Of a DNA stretch of 64,000 bases, positions 46,618 to 56,779 are shown one piece after another. Where the stretch lies: the NCBI GenBank assembly GCA_031362865.1, contig JANLTH010000008.1, positions 193-64,192 of the forward strand. The letters run 5' to 3'. Position numbers and translations under genes: made by a program. The stretch is from Burkholderiales bacterium (GTDB taxonomy: Bacteria > Pseudomonadota > Gammaproteobacteria > Burkholderiales > JAEUOS01). A model generated the notes under the pieces. That model had not been told where the DNA came from. It was given only the letters and a program-made list of their open reading frames with translations, and did no database searches. Within the stretch, counting starts at the first letter, position 1. Every line of letters starts with the position of its first letter.

Positions 46618-47601
46618 CTACTGTGCCTGCAAATTGATTGACTTGGCAGTCGCTTGGTATTTCGCCACTTCGCGCAGGTAGAACTCGTGGGCTTGCTTGG
46701 GGTTCATCAGGTCAAACCGGATCGAGCCTGAGGCGACAATTTGCGCTTTTACCTCGGCTGTCTCCATCGCGGCCAGTGCCGATTTGTTCAAAATCTGCAC
46801 GATCTCGTCAGACACTTTGCCACTGACATGAATGCCGGCCCAGGCGGTGAATACGAAGTCTTGGAAGCCGCGGATTTGACTGAGCGCTGGCGCGTCAGGG
46901 AATTTGGGATTTCGCTGCGCGCCGGCGATCGCCAACAATTTCAAGCTGCCTTTTTCGACAAAGCCGGGAAACGGCCCCGCCATCGGCAAGAACGCATAAT
47001 CGACGACTTCCCCAATCAGGTTGGTCACGCACTGCGGAAACCCGTTGTAAGGAAGGTGCAGCGCCTTGGTGCCCGCTGAGGCGTTGAATTTTTCAATCAT
47101 CAAGTGATATTGGGAGCCCACGCCGGTCGAACAATAGGACAGCGGCTTGTCCGTGCGCTTTTTTGCCAGTTCCAGAAATTCGGCGATGTTGTTGACACCC
47201 AACTCTTTTCGCACCACCAGCATGAGATCGGCCTGCCCGATCATCGCCACCGTTTTGAAATCCTCAGACTTGTATTTGGCATTGACGTTGGCAAGCGGCG
47301 TGAGAACCATCTCGGTCACGCCACTGAGCAGTACGGAATAGCCATCGGGCGGGGCATTGAGCATTTTCATCGTGCCCAAGGCGCCACCGACCCCGGCGAC
47401 ATTGTCAACCAGCATGAGCTGATTGAGCGTGGTCGACATCTCCTTGCTCATAAACCTTGCCACAAAATCAGCCGCCCCACCAGCAGGATAAGGCACCACC
47501 ACGTTGATCGCTTTGGCAGGGTAGCTTTGGGACCAAGCCGCCGTAGCGGTCAGCAAAACCGCGCCCAGTGTGACTGCTGTGAGAAGGCGATTGAATGACA
47601 T
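46618..47601 (-). CDS. Bug/TctC-family tripartite tricarboxylate transporter substrate-binding protein.
   Basis: ATG 47601 preceded by AAGGAG. Signal peptide, then QSYPAKAINVVVPYPAGGAAD. Confidence 0.85.
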   Translation of the reverse strand: MSFNRLLTAVTLGAVLLTATAAWSQSYPAKAINVVVPYPAGGAADFVARFMSKEMSTTLNQLMLVDNVAGVGGALGTMKMLNAPPDGYSVLLSGVTEMVLTPLANVNAKYKSEDFKTVAMIGQADLMLVVRKELGVNNIAEFLELAKKRTDKPLSYCSTGVGSQYHLMIEKFNASAGTKALHLPYNGFPQCVTNLIGEVVDYAFLPMAGPFPGFVEKGSLKLLAIAGAQRNPKFPDAPALSQIRGFQDFVFTAWAGIHVSGKVSDEIVQILNKSALAAMETAEVKAQIVASGSIRFDLMNPKQAHEFYLREVAKYQATAKSINLQAQ

Positions 47602-47757
47602 GAGGTTCTCCTTTGGTTGATTCACTAACGACGCCAGCACCAGCGCCGCACCTTTCCCCAATCATAATCGACGCGGCATCGGCGTGGGTAGAAACGATGG
47701 CGGACATGACTGAAGCGTCTACGGAGTAACGCGAATAAGACCATTTGCCCCGCAGCC

Positions 47758-49137
47758 TCAATAGCCAGTTTTCAACAAGTCATCACCAGAAGGCGCGTCG
47801 GCATTGCCTTCCCGGGTGGTTGCCTTGGAGACGCTTGCTGCGCTTGCCTTTTCAGGCAGACCGGCTGGAGATGCTTTCTGGGCGGGCATCTCCGCGACCG
47901 GCTTTAAGTCGCCCTTGATGCGCTTGGGTTGCGGATGCCAGCCAGTGAGCGCCAGCAAAATCATAAAGCCAACTACATACGCCAGCGCCACATGCCAGCC
48001 GTGGCGCAGCCACAACCCCACCGAGCGCGCCTGCGGAAATTGGTTCGACAAGGCCACGCCTGCCGATGAACCAAACCAGATCATCGAGCCGCCGAAGCCC
48101 ACTGCATAGGCCAGCATACCCCAGTCATAGCCACCTTGCTTGAGCGCTAACGCGGTCAGCGGAATGTTGTCGAACACTGCCGAAACGAAGCCTAGCCCGA
48201 GGGTCGTCGCCCAGCTTGCGGCGGGCAGTTTTTCCACCGGCATCATCGAGGCGCAGAGCACCAGCGAGAGCAGAAAAACGCTGCCCTTGAACGCCTCGGG
48301 CAGCAAACTCCAGTCCGGCTTGCGGTAGGCGGCAGTGGCAAAAATTGCCACCCACACCGCGGCACCGATCACCGGAAAGACATCGAGTACCGCCGGAAAG
48401 CGCAAATTCGCCACCACGTTGGCAAGGATCGCGGCTACGAGGATGATGCCTACCACCAGCAGGCGACCGCCATCGACGCGAATCCCTTCGGGCGCGTCTT
48501 TGCTGATCGGCTGATAGGCGTGTTGCTGGCGCGCTGCAATCACACCAAAGATGCACAAGGCAGGCACGGCGGCGACGTAAGCATCTAGCACCTGTAGCGG
48601 GTTTACGCCGTCAATCCACATCATCGAGGTGGTGGTATCACCCACCACCGAGCCTGAGCCACCGGCGTTGGAAGCTGCGACGATGCCCGCCAGGTAGCCG
48701 ATATGCACGCGCCCCTTGAACACCACGCTTGCCATCGTGCCGCCAATCAGCGCGGCGGCGATGTTGTCCAAAAAGCTCGAGAGCACGAACACGAGGACGA
48801 GCAGCATAAAACCGCCCTTCCAGTCGTCTGGCAAAAAGCGTGGCAGGATTTCAGGGATTTTGCTCTCTTCAAAATGTTTGGAAAGCAGCGCAAAGCCCAG
48901 CAGCAAGCCGAGCAGGTTGGCGATGATGATCCACTCGTGAAACAGGTGCGCGCCCAAGCCCGAAACCCCGGCGATCAATACGCCGCTGACTTTGAAACCG
49001 GTGAACCAGAGTTTGTAGAGCGTGATGCTCGCCAAGCCGGTGAGCGCCACGGTCAAGGTCGCCCCGTGGAACAGCGCCACCCCCAAAAGCGTGAGGCCAA
49101 AGAGGATGAATTCGACAGGGATGGAGGTTAGGGTCAT
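47758..49137 (-). CDS. NhaD/ArsB-superfamily ion transporter (Na+/H+ antiporter NhaD-like).
   Basis: 459-aa polytopic protein from ATG 49137. The family call comes from its overall pattern. Confidence 0.65.
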   Translation of the reverse strand: MTLTSIPVEFILFGLTLLGVALFHGATLTVALTGLASITLYKLWFTGFKVSGVLIAGVSGLGAHLFHEWIIIANLLGLLLGFALLSKHFEESKIPEILPRFLPDDWKGGFMLLVLVFVLSSFLDNIAAALIGGTMASVVFKGRVHIGYLAGIVAASNAGGSGSVVGDTTTSMMWIDGVNPLQVLDAYVAAVPALCIFGVIAARQQHAYQPISKDAPEGIRVDGGRLLVVGIILVAAILANVVANLRFPAVLDVFPVIGAAVWVAIFATAAYRKPDWSLLPEAFKGSVFLLSLVLCASMMPVEKLPAASWATTLGLGFVSAVFDNIPLTALALKQGGYDWGMLAYAVGFGGSMIWFGSSAGVALSNQFPQARSVGLWLRHGWHVALAYVVGFMILLALTGWHPQPKRIKGDLKPVAEMPAQKASPAGLPEKASAASVSKATTREGNADAPSGDDLLKTGY

Positions 49138-49237
49138 GGGGAGAAACGCCGCGTTATTATGGTTGGATGTCGCCGCTACACCCGCAGGGCGACAGGCCAA
49201 AACGATAGCTCTGCGGGGTTACAGCAGGCTTACTGGC

Positions 49238-50449
49238 CTACCGGGTGTTCTGCTTCACAAACGCCGCCAGCCGCGCGACCCCGGCCTGGATGTTCTCCAC
49301 CGAAGCGGCATACGAAAAACGGATATGCTGCCCCTCACCTTCGACCCGCGCGCCGAAATGGATGTCGGCGAGTACTGCGACGCCTGCCTCATGCAGCAAG
49401 CGCTTGCGAAATTCTTCAGAGTCAGCGCAGCCGCTCATGCGACACGCTTCAGTCACGTTGGGCCAGGCGTAGAACGCACCGCCCGGCAATTTGCAACTCA
49501 CGCCGGGCACTTGATTGAGCAGGCCGACGATCAGATCGCGCCGGTCTTGAAAGCTCTGGCGCATCATCTCGGCAGTCTCTTGCGGGCCGTTGATCGCCTC
49601 GACCGCAGCCCACTGCGAAATATGCGAGGCGCACGAGTCGGTATTGGTGACCCAGCGCGTGAATACCGGGGCCAAGATTTTGTTGGCGGTAAAGCCAATC
49701 CGCCAGCCTGTCATCGCCCAGGTTTTGGAGCAGCCATCAGAAATAATGGTGCGCGCAATCATGTCTTCATGCGCCGTGATCGAGGCAAACGCACCGTCGT
49801 AAATCAGCCGGGAATAAATTTCATCGGCGTAAATCCACACATTCGGGTGACGGCGCAAGATGCTGGCGATGTCGCTCAAATCCTGCTTGCTCAAAATTCC
49901 GCCGGTAGGGTTGTGCGGCGTATTGAGGATCAACAGCTTGGTCTTGGGCGTGATCTTGGCCTCAAGCTCGTTCGGGTCAAAAGCGAAATCGCGCGCCTCT
50001 TTCAAGCCCAGCGGCACCGGTTTCGCGCCATTGGCGACGATCTGTGATTCGTAGATCGGAAAGCCCGGATTCGGGTAAATCACCTCGTCGCCCATGCCGT
50101 AATCGGTGGTGGAAAGAATCGCGTAGGCGATGAAGGGCTTGGCTCCACCGCCAATCACCACATCGTCGGGTGTAATCGCTGACGGCCCGGCGAGGCCGCG
50201 CATGCGGTTGATTTCACGCGCCGCCGCTTCGCGCAGCTCGGGGATGCCCGCCGAGGGCGTGTAGCCGTGCTTGCCCTCGCGGATAGCCTTAATACCGGCC
50301 TCTTGGATGTTGGACGGGGCCGGAAAATCTGGCTGGCCGATGCAAAAGGAAATGATGTCTTGGCCCGCGCGTTGCAAGGCGGTGACTTCGGCTAAGACGA
50401 CAAAGGCGTTTTCAGTGCCGAGGGATTGGGCGCGTTGGCTTAGGAGCAT
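49238..50449 (-). CDS. Class I/II PLP-dependent aminotransferase (aspartate-aminotransferase-like).
   Basis: NPHNPTGG and SKTWAMTGWRIG (PLP lysine) motifs. Confidence 0.88.
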   Translation of the reverse strand: MLLSQRAQSLGTENAFVVLAEVTALQRAGQDIISFCIGQPDFPAPSNIQEAGIKAIREGKHGYTPSAGIPELREAAAREINRMRGLAGPSAITPDDVVIGGGAKPFIAYAILSTTDYGMGDEVIYPNPGFPIYESQIVANGAKPVPLGLKEARDFAFDPNELEAKITPKTKLLILNTPHNPTGGILSKQDLSDIASILRRHPNVWIYADEIYSRLIYDGAFASITAHEDMIARTIISDGCSKTWAMTGWRIGFTANKILAPVFTRWVTNTDSCASHISQWAAVEAINGPQETAEMMRQSFQDRRDLIVGLLNQVPGVSCKLPGGAFYAWPNVTEACRMSGCADSEEFRKRLLHEAGVAVLADIHFGARVEGEGQHIRFSYAASVENIQAGVARLAAFVKQNTR

Positions 50450-50461
50450 AGTGAAAAAGGC

Positions 50462-50887
50462 TTAAAAAAGTGTGGGAAGCTGAAGGGTTTTTGCCGCGTC
50501 ACTCAAGCGCCGGTCAAAACTGGCAAAAACCAGCGGCTCGGCTGTTAAGCCGGCCAGTTCTTCTGCGGCGGCAAGATGCACAGCATCAAATCCGCGCAAG
50601 TTGAAGGCATGCACGAAGGCGGCGGCACGCACGGCCAGTTGCGGAGTCACCATGATTTGCGCGTACTCTGACCATTCCTCGGTGAAACGCTCGCGGACCC
50701 GCACGTATTCATCCTCCGCCAATCGTCCAACCAAGTGTGAGCGGCGAATCGCGGCGTGGGTCTCAGCGTAGCCGATCACATTCACCGCGATGACAGCGCA
50801 CTCGTTCCAGAGCGCTTGCACCTGCGCGGATTCGGCTTCCTGAATGTAAAGCTTGGCAATCGCCGAGGAATCAAAATAGGCGACCAA
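50462..50887 (-). CDS. vapC: PIN-domain toxin (VapC-like).
   Basis: MVAYFDSSAIAKLY start, a later RGFDAVHLAAA motif, and direct abutment to the antitoxin gene. Confidence 0.8.
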   Translation of the reverse strand: MVAYFDSSAIAKLYIQEAESAQVQALWNECAVIAVNVIGYAETHAAIRRSHLVGRLAEDEYVRVRERFTEEWSEYAQIMVTPQLAVRAAAFVHAFNLRGFDAVHLAAAEELAGLTAEPLVFASFDRRLSDAAKTLQLPTLF

Positions 50888-51211
50888 TCAATTCGCCTCG
50901 CGCTCTTCGCGGATCAACTCGGTAGTCGTCGGGAAACGCTTGCCAGAAGCATCAGCACGCGGCACGATGGGCGCACGGCGCGGGGGCTTGCCGCCATTCC
51001 ACTTCACCAGGCCCATGTCGATGGCCCGCTGCAAGCCCTTGTCTTCAATGCGCAGCACCGGCGTGATACGCGCAATCACGCGCTTGTGCGAGGTGACTGC
51101 GACGGTATCGCCCGCCTGCACCCGGCGCAAGAATTCAGACAGATTGTCTTTCAACTCGCTCACCGAGGCGTTGACCACTGCGCTGCTGGCAAGATTGAAA
51201 GTCGCTTCCAT
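50888..51211 (-). CDS. Phd/YefM-type antitoxin.
   Basis: VSELKDNLSEFLRRVQAGDTVAVTSHKRVIARI. SD GGAGG upstream of the ATG. Confidence 0.7.
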   Translation of the reverse strand: MEATFNLASSAVVNASVSELKDNLSEFLRRVQAGDTVAVTSHKRVIARITPVLRIEDKGLQRAIDMGLVKWNGGKPPRRAPIVPRADASGKRFPTTTELIREEREAN

Positions 51212-51225
51212 GATGCCTCCTAAAA

Positions 51226-51264
51226 ATAGCCATAAATCAACGGTATTGCACTAATTATAGCCAT
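51226..51264 (-). promoter_or_regulatory. Two ATAGCCAT repeats upstream of the second antitoxin gene; candidate operator.
   Basis: ATAGCCAT at 51226-51233 and 51257-51264. Confidence 0.35.
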
Positions 51265-51265
51265 T

Positions 51266-52441
51266 TTAGCCAGATTGTGGAATCTCAAACACTTGCCGCA
51301 GATAGGCCAAATACTTCTCGTCGTCGCACATGTTTTTCGACGGCGTATCTGACAATTTGGCCACCGGTTGGCCATTACAGCGGACCATTTTCATCACGAT
51401 ATTGAGCGGCTCATAGCCCAAATCGTTGGTCAGGTTGGTACCAATGCCAAAGGCGGTGGTGCAGCGCCCCTTGAAGCGCTCAAACAGGCGAATCGCCAAG
51501 GGCACATTCAGGCCGTCAGAAAAGACCAGAATTTTGGTGCGCGGGTCAACCCGGTTCTTCTGATAATGCTCAATCAGGCGTTCGCCCCAGTCAAACGGGT
51601 CGCCTGAATCATGGCGCGCGCCGTCAAAAAGCTTGCAGAAAAACATGTCGAAATCACGCAAAAAAGCGTTGATGCCGTACACGTCGGAGAGCGCGATCCC
51701 CAAGTCGCCGCGATATTCCGCCGCCCACTGCTCAAAGCCAAAGGTTTGCGAATCGCGCAGGCGCGGGCCCAGTGCCTGGCAGGCTTGCAGGTATTCGTGC
51801 GCCATCGTGCCCAAGGGAATCAGGCCCAATTTCATTGCGTAATACACGTTCGAGGTGCCAGCAAAATTGGCCCCCAGCTTATTTTTAAGCGCCAGCAAAA
51901 CCTCTTCTTGCCAGGGCTTGGAAAAGCGTCGCCGGGTGCCGTAGTCAGCAATCCGCATTTCGGCCAGATTGGCCTTTTCGGTGACGAGCGCAATTTTTTC
52001 CGATAGACGCATGCGCCCTTCCGCGTAATCGGGAAACTTTTGCAGGTTGCGAAAGTAGACCTCGTTGACAATGGCCAGCACCGGAATCTCGAACAGAATC
52101 GTGTGCAGCCACGGGCCTTTGACGCGAATCTCCAGCGTGCCATCGGCTTGTGGATCAACCGTGATGTACTTCGCGTTCATCTGAAACAGGCCGAGAAAAT
52201 CGACAAAGTCGCTCTTGATAAAGCGCATGCTGCGCAAGTATTCCAGCTCCTTTTCGCCAAAGCGCAGCGTACACAGTGCGTTGATCTCTTCGCGAACTTC
52301 GTCTGCGTGGGCGGCCAGGTTGATGCCGGAATTGCGGCACTTGAAGCGGTACTCCACCTGCGCACCCGGAAAGTGGTGCAGCACCACCTGCATCATGGTG
52401 AATTTGTAGAGGTCGGTGTCGAGCAGCGATGTGATAATCAT
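51266..52441 (-). CDS. pncB: Nicotinate phosphoribosyltransferase.
   Basis: [14 protein letters not shown] start and [22 protein letters not shown]. Confidence 0.92.
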   Translation of the reverse strand: MIITSLLDTDLYKFTMMQVVLHHFPGAQVEYRFKCRNSGINLAAHADEVREEINALCTLRFGEKELEYLRSMRFIKSDFVDFLGLFQMNAKYITVDPQADGTLEIRVKGPWLHTILFEIPVLAIVNEVYFRNLQKFPDYAEGRMRLSEKIALVTEKANLAEMRIADYGTRRRFSKPWQEEVLLALKNKLGANFAGTSNVYYAMKLGLIPLGTMAHEYLQACQALGPRLRDSQTFGFEQWAAEYRGDLGIALSDVYGINAFLRDFDMFFCKLFDGARHDSGDPFDWGERLIEHYQKNRVDPRTKILVFSDGLNVPLAIRLFERFKGRCTTAFGIGTNLTNDLGYEPLNIVMKMVRCNGQPVAKLSDTPSKNMCDDEKYLAYLRQVFEIPQSG

Positions 52442-52469
52442 TGCAGGATTTTATAGGGAGGACAAGTAC

Positions 52470-53357
52470 GTGTTTCGGATTGGCATTGACTTGGGCGGCA
52501 CCAAGATTGAGGGCGTAGCGCTCGATGCACAAGGCGTCGTGCTGCACCGGCTGCGCATCGCCACTGAAGCCGCGCAGGGGCCAAAGCACATCGTGGCACG
52601 GATCGCGCAGGTGTATGAAGCCTTGGTCGAGGCAATCGACCATGCGCCGCACACCTTTGGGTTGGGCACACCGGGTGCGCTTTCAACACAAACGGGTTTA
52701 CTGAAAAACTCCAACACGGAGTGCCTGAACGGTCAGCCATTGAAAGAATGGGTCGAGGCCGCCACGCAGCACGCCGTGCGGGTGGAAAACGACGCGAATT
52801 GTTTTGCCTTAGCCGAAGCCACACTGGGCGCAGCGCGCGGTCACCGCGTGGTGTTTGGGGTCATCATGGGCACCGGCTGCGGCGGCGGTATCGTGATCGA
52901 CGGCGCAGTTCATGTTGGCAAGCAGGCAATCGGCGGCGAATGGGGCCACCACGTGATCGACCCGGTCGGGCCAAGATGCTACTGCGGGCAACGCGGTTGC
53001 GCAGAGACATTTATTTCAGGCGGTGGCTTGGAGAAGCAATACCAGAGCCGGTTTTCACGACATGTTCCCGCGGATTCCCTGTTTATGCGCTTCTCCGAGG
53101 GGGAGCCAAATGCAAGCGTGATCGTCAACGAGTTTTTCGGCCATTTCGGGCACGCGATGGCCAACCTGATCGCGATTCTCGACCCAGACATCATCGTGTT
53201 AGGTGGCGGGCTCTCGAATGTTGATGCGCTTTACACACGCGGCATCGATGAAGTCGCCAAACGCCTCTTCAATGACTCGCTCGAAACGCCCATCGTGCGC
53301 CACACGCTGGGCGATTCAGCAGGCGTATTTGGAGCCGCGATGGTGGGGATCACTTGA
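52470..53357 (+). CDS. mak: ROK-family sugar kinase (E. coli Mak/fructokinase-like).
   Basis: GTG 52470 follows GGGAGG. FRIGIDLGGTKIE, NDANCFALAEA, GTGCGGG, and the Zn motif CYCGQRGCAE. Confidence 0.85.
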   Translation: MFRIGIDLGGTKIEGVALDAQGVVLHRLRIATEAAQGPKHIVARIAQVYEALVEAIDHAPHTFGLGTPGALSTQTGLLKNSNTECLNGQPLKEWVEAATQHAVRVENDANCFALAEATLGAARGHRVVFGVIMGTGCGGGIVIDGAVHVGKQAIGGEWGHHVIDPVGPRCYCGQRGCAETFISGGGLEKQYQSRFSRHVPADSLFMRFSEGEPNASVIVNEFFGHFGHAMANLIAILDPDIIVLGGGLSNVDALYTRGIDEVAKRLFNDSLETPIVRHTLGDSAGVFGAAMVGIT

Positions 53358-53361
53358 GCGA

Positions 53362-53667
53362 CTAACCCAGGCCCAAGCTGCGCCAGCCAAACACCGCCAG
53401 CACACTCGCCACCAAGCCGATTGTGCCGATTTGGTAGAGCATTTTTCCCGAAGGGTGATGGCGAAACGCCACGCCAGTCAGCAGCACCGTCATCAAGACA
53501 CCAAGCAAGGTCAAGAAACCGGCTTGTGCCGCAAAGCCCTCGCCAAACCGCTTCCAGGCCAACAGGCCTGCGCCGCCCAAAGCCAGCAGCGAGAGCTTGA
53601 GCCAGACAAAGCGCATCGGCAAGCTCCAGGGCTTGCGCACCAGAGCGCAATGGGGGCAGGCAAACAT
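53362..53667 (-). CDS. Possible small three-TM membrane protein.
   Basis: Only the C-terminal 101 aa of the 249-aa track ORF are considered. The rest is antisense to the SDR gene. Confidence 0.3.
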   Translation of the reverse strand: MFACPHCALVRKPWSLPMRFVWLKLSLLALGGAGLLAWKRFGEGFAAQAGFLTLLGVLMTVLLTGVAFRHHPSGKMLYQIGTIGLVASVLAVFGWRSLGLG

Positions 53668-53723
53668 GCCGCGCCCAGGTTGGAAACAACCAACGCAAAT
53701 CTCGTAAGCCACGCTTTTTTCCC

Positions 53724-54446
53724 CTACATCACCGCGTAGCCGCCATCGACCGGCAAGATCACACCGGTGATGAAAGCCGCCGCGCTCGAACACAGAAACA
53801 GCGCCGGGCCCGCCATATCGACCGGGTCGGCCCAGCGCTTGAGCGGCGTGCGATCGAGCACATCCGAATTCGACGGCTCGTTCGACCATAGGGCTTGGGT
53901 CAGCGCGGTTTTTACCCAGCCGGGAGCCAGCGCGTTGACGCGGATTCCCTCGGCGGCATAAGCAATCGCGAGCGATTTGGTGAGCTGCATCACACCGCCC
54001 TTGGATGCCGCATAAGCGGGCGTGACCGCGGCGCCGAAAAAGGAGCGCATCGAGGCGGTATTGACGATGCTGCCCTTGGATGCCGCCAGCAGCGGACGCG
54101 CCAGCTGGCACAGGCGCTGCGTGCCGTTCAAATTGACATCGATGACCGCGGCAAAGTTTTCTGGTTCGTGCTCTGCGCCTGCGCGACGAATCATGCCCGC
54201 GCAGTTAACCAGCACATCAAGCTGGGTGAAGCCTGCCATCAACGCTTTGCACGCCGCCAAATCGCCGACATCGAGCGTCACAGCAGTCAAACCGGCGGCA
54301 CGCGCCGGGCCCAGCTCGGCATCGGTCAAGCCAGTCACGGTGACACTGGCCCCGGCGGCTTGAAAGCCGCGCCCGATGGCAAAGCCGATACCGCTGGAAC
54401 CACCGGAGATCAACACGGTCTTACCGCGAAATTCGTCTGCAAACAT
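53724..54446 (-). CDS. Short-chain dehydrogenase/reductase (SDR).
   Basis: ISGGSSGIGFA, NCAG, and the YAASKGG catalytic motif. Confidence 0.88.
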   Translation of the reverse strand: MFADEFRGKTVLISGGSSGIGFAIGRGFQAAGASVTVTGLTDAELGPARAAGLTAVTLDVGDLAACKALMAGFTQLDVLVNCAGMIRRAGAEHEPENFAAVIDVNLNGTQRLCQLARPLLAASKGSIVNTASMRSFFGAAVTPAYAASKGGVMQLTKSLAIAYAAEGIRVNALAPGWVKTALTQALWSNEPSNSDVLDRTPLKRWADPVDMAGPALFLCSSAAAFITGVILPVDGGYAVM

Positions 54447-54604
54447 GTTTTGTGATTAAAGTGTGAGAAAGAGCACACGATTATTGCAGCTTCGCTCATC
54501 CAGGCTGCGCCTGAAGGCCGTAGGAGCCAAGTACGCGCCGGTCAATCTAACAGCCTGTGACTCCATCGGCTGCCAAGCGTCCCACCATCATCAAGGAGAT
54601 TTCC

Positions 54605-55051
54605 ATGCTCAAGTATCTCGCCAGCGCTCTCATACTCACCGCCTGCGGCACAGCGTTTGCCGCCGACACAACCCCGAAAGACGCGGCTACTTTGCCCGAA
54701 ATGAAAGTGGCACAGGAAGCCATCAAAGCCAAAGAATGGGCCAAAGCAATCGACAATCTCGAATCGGTGCTGCGCGCCGATCGGTTCTCAGCCGATGCGA
54801 ATAGCCTGATGGGCTTCGCGTTGCGCAACTCGGGCAAGTGGGACCAATCATTTCGCTACTACAACGAAGCGCTGCGGCTCGATGCCAAGCACATCGGCGC
54901 ACATGAGTACATTGGCCAAGCCTATTTGCAGCGCGGCAACGTGATCAAGGCTGAAGAGCATCTGACCAAACTGACGGCGATCTGCGGCACTTGCGATGAA
55001 GCCAAATCGCTCGCTACCGCACTGGCCGATGCGAAGAAGAACCCAAAGTAG
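54605..55051 (+). CDS. Secreted TPR-repeat protein.
   Basis: ATG 54605 follows AAGGAG. Signal peptide MLKYLASALILTACGTAFA and TPR-like repeats. Confidence 0.7.
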   Translation: MLKYLASALILTACGTAFAADTTPKDAATLPEMKVAQEAIKAKEWAKAIDNLESVLRADRFSADANSLMGFALRNSGKWDQSFRYYNEALRLDAKHIGAHEYIGQAYLQRGNVIKAEEHLTKLTAICGTCDEAKSLATALADAKKNPK

Positions 55052-55072
55052 CGCGCAAGCCCGCGCGTTTGG

Positions 55073-55144
55073 CCAACACCTGAGCCAACACCTGAGTCAA
55101 CACCTGAGCCCACACCCGGGCCAACACCTGGGCCCACACTGGAC
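55073..55144. repeat. Six tandem 12-bp units (consensus CCAACACCTGAG), increasingly degenerate, in an intergenic region.
   Basis: Units start at 55073, 55085, 55097, 55109, 55121 and 55133. Confidence 0.85.
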
Positions 55145-55205
55145 CCATCCGAACCATGTCCGTTTTTGGCTAGCTAAGCATCAGCTGAGCGGCTAAAGTG
55201 TCGCC

Positions 55206-56672
55206 ATGGACACCGCCGCTTCGCATCTTTCAGCCGACACCTGCTACGCCGCCATCAAAGCCCGAGACGGACGATTCGACGGCAGCTTTTTCACAGCGGT
55301 GCGCACCACCGGCATCTTCTGTCGCCCGATTTGTCCGGCCCCCGCACCCAAACGCGAAAACGTCAGCTTCCACAAGAGTGCAGCTGCCGCGTTTGAAGCA
55401 GGCTATCGGCCTTGCCTGCGCTGCCGCCCGGAGCTTGCCCCGCATGCCCACGCCTTGCTCTCCGGGGCCCGCCTGACTGCGCAGGTGACCGAAGAAATCA
55501 AGCGCCGCCTAGATCAAGCGCCTGCGGTGGCGGAATTGGCGAACTATGCCGGGGTGAGCGAGCGGCATTTGCGACGCTTGTTTGAAGAGCATTTGGGCAC
55601 CACGCCGCAAGCAGTCATCAATACCGAGCGCCTGCTCTTTGCCAAGCACCTGATCAGCGCCACCGCCCTGCCCTTTACCCAAATTGCTACCGCCGCTGGC
55701 TATGGCAGCATCCGCCGCTTTAACGATGCCTTCAAGGCAGCCTACGGTAGCCCACCGACTGCACTGCGGCGCAGTATGGGCCCCCGCACCGGAACTGGCG
55801 CAGGCAACCTCGAAGCAACGCAGTTCCACCTGCACTTGGTGGTCAAGCCGCCGTTTGACTGGGCGCACTTACTGCGCTGGCATGGCCCGCGCGTGATTCC
55901 GGGCGTCGAGTCGGTGGATGCTACTCGCTACTGCCGCACCCTGCGCGCGGGCGCTGCTGGTGCCTGGCTCGAAGTCGCACCGGTTAAAGATGGGCTGGAT
56001 TTCACGCTCCACGCGCCTTTGAGCCAGGGTTTGGCTGGGTACTTGGCGCGCCTGCGGCAGATGTTTGATCTCTCCGCTAACATCGTTCAAATTCATGCTC
56101 AATTGGCTGAAGACCCTTTACTAGAAAGGGTCTTGAAGAATCAACCGATAGCGCGCATGCCCGGCGCGTGGGACCCTTTCGAGTTAACCGTGCGCGCCGT
56201 GCTGGGCCAGCAGGTGAGTGTCAAAGGGGCATCGACCCTGATGCGCCGCGTCGTCGAGCGCCACGGTTCGCCCTCGGGCGTGGCGCATTTGCCGCTGTGC
56301 TTCCCCAGCCCTGAGGTGTTGGCCAAGGCAGATTTAGATGGACTGGGGATCACCGGTGCGCGCGTCCGCACGCTGCAAGCGCTGGGCCGTGCGGTGGCGA
56401 GCCAAGCCGATTTTTTCGATGGGCTCAAGTCGGTGGATGAAGCCGAAGCCAGGCTCACCAGCCTGCCCGGCATCGGGCCGTGGACGGCGAACTACGTGGC
56501 GATGCGCGGGCTGGGCCTGCCCGATGCGTGGCCCACCAAAGATGTGGGCCTGCTGCGAGCGGCGCGGGCGCATGGCTTCGAGGGCGATTTCAAAGCGCTC
56601 GATGCCGCCGCCGAAGGTTGGCGACCCTGGCGCGCCTACGCCGCATTTGCACTGTGGATGAGCGAAACATGA
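55206..56672 (+). CDS. AdaA-AlkA fusion: Ada Zn methyl-acceptor domain, AraC HTH, and DNA-3-methyladenine glycosylase II.
   Basis: FCRPICPAP...ENVSFH...YRPCLRCRP matches the Ada Cys4 site. AraC-type HTH region. C-terminal HhH-GPD with LPGIGPWTANYVAMRGL. Confidence 0.88.
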   Translation: MDTAASHLSADTCYAAIKARDGRFDGSFFTAVRTTGIFCRPICPAPAPKRENVSFHKSAAAAFEAGYRPCLRCRPELAPHAHALLSGARLTAQVTEEIKRRLDQAPAVAELANYAGVSERHLRRLFEEHLGTTPQAVINTERLLFAKHLISATALPFTQIATAAGYGSIRRFNDAFKAAYGSPPTALRRSMGPRTGTGAGNLEATQFHLHLVVKPPFDWAHLLRWHGPRVIPGVESVDATRYCRTLRAGAAGAWLEVAPVKDGLDFTLHAPLSQGLAGYLARLRQMFDLSANIVQIHAQLAEDPLLERVLKNQPIARMPGAWDPFELTVRAVLGQQVSVKGASTLMRRVVERHGSPSGVAHLPLCFPSPEVLAKADLDGLGITGARVRTLQALGRAVASQADFFDGLKSVDEAEARLTSLPGIGPWTANYVAMRGLGLPDAWPTKDVGLLRAARAHGFEGDFKALDAAAEGWRPWRAYAAFALWMSET

Positions 56673-56779
56673 CGATGGCCCCAAGTGGTGCAAGCCTCCG
56701 TGCTCGCACAGCTCAAGGTCGCCATGGGTCCCCTCGCGAGCCCGGCGGCACGCACTACTCAATCTTTTGGAGCGACTCG

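Noticed and set aside
53668-54111. N-terminal two-thirds of the 249-aa minus-strand ORF 53362-54111.
   Set aside because: It overlaps the well-supported SDR gene (53724-54446) in another frame. Only the C-terminal hydrophobic 101 aa were kept, as a low-confidence small membrane protein.
55073-55144. Tandem 12-mers considered as a mini CRISPR array.
   Set aside because: The units are contiguous with no spacers, only 12 bp long, and there are no cas genes nearby.
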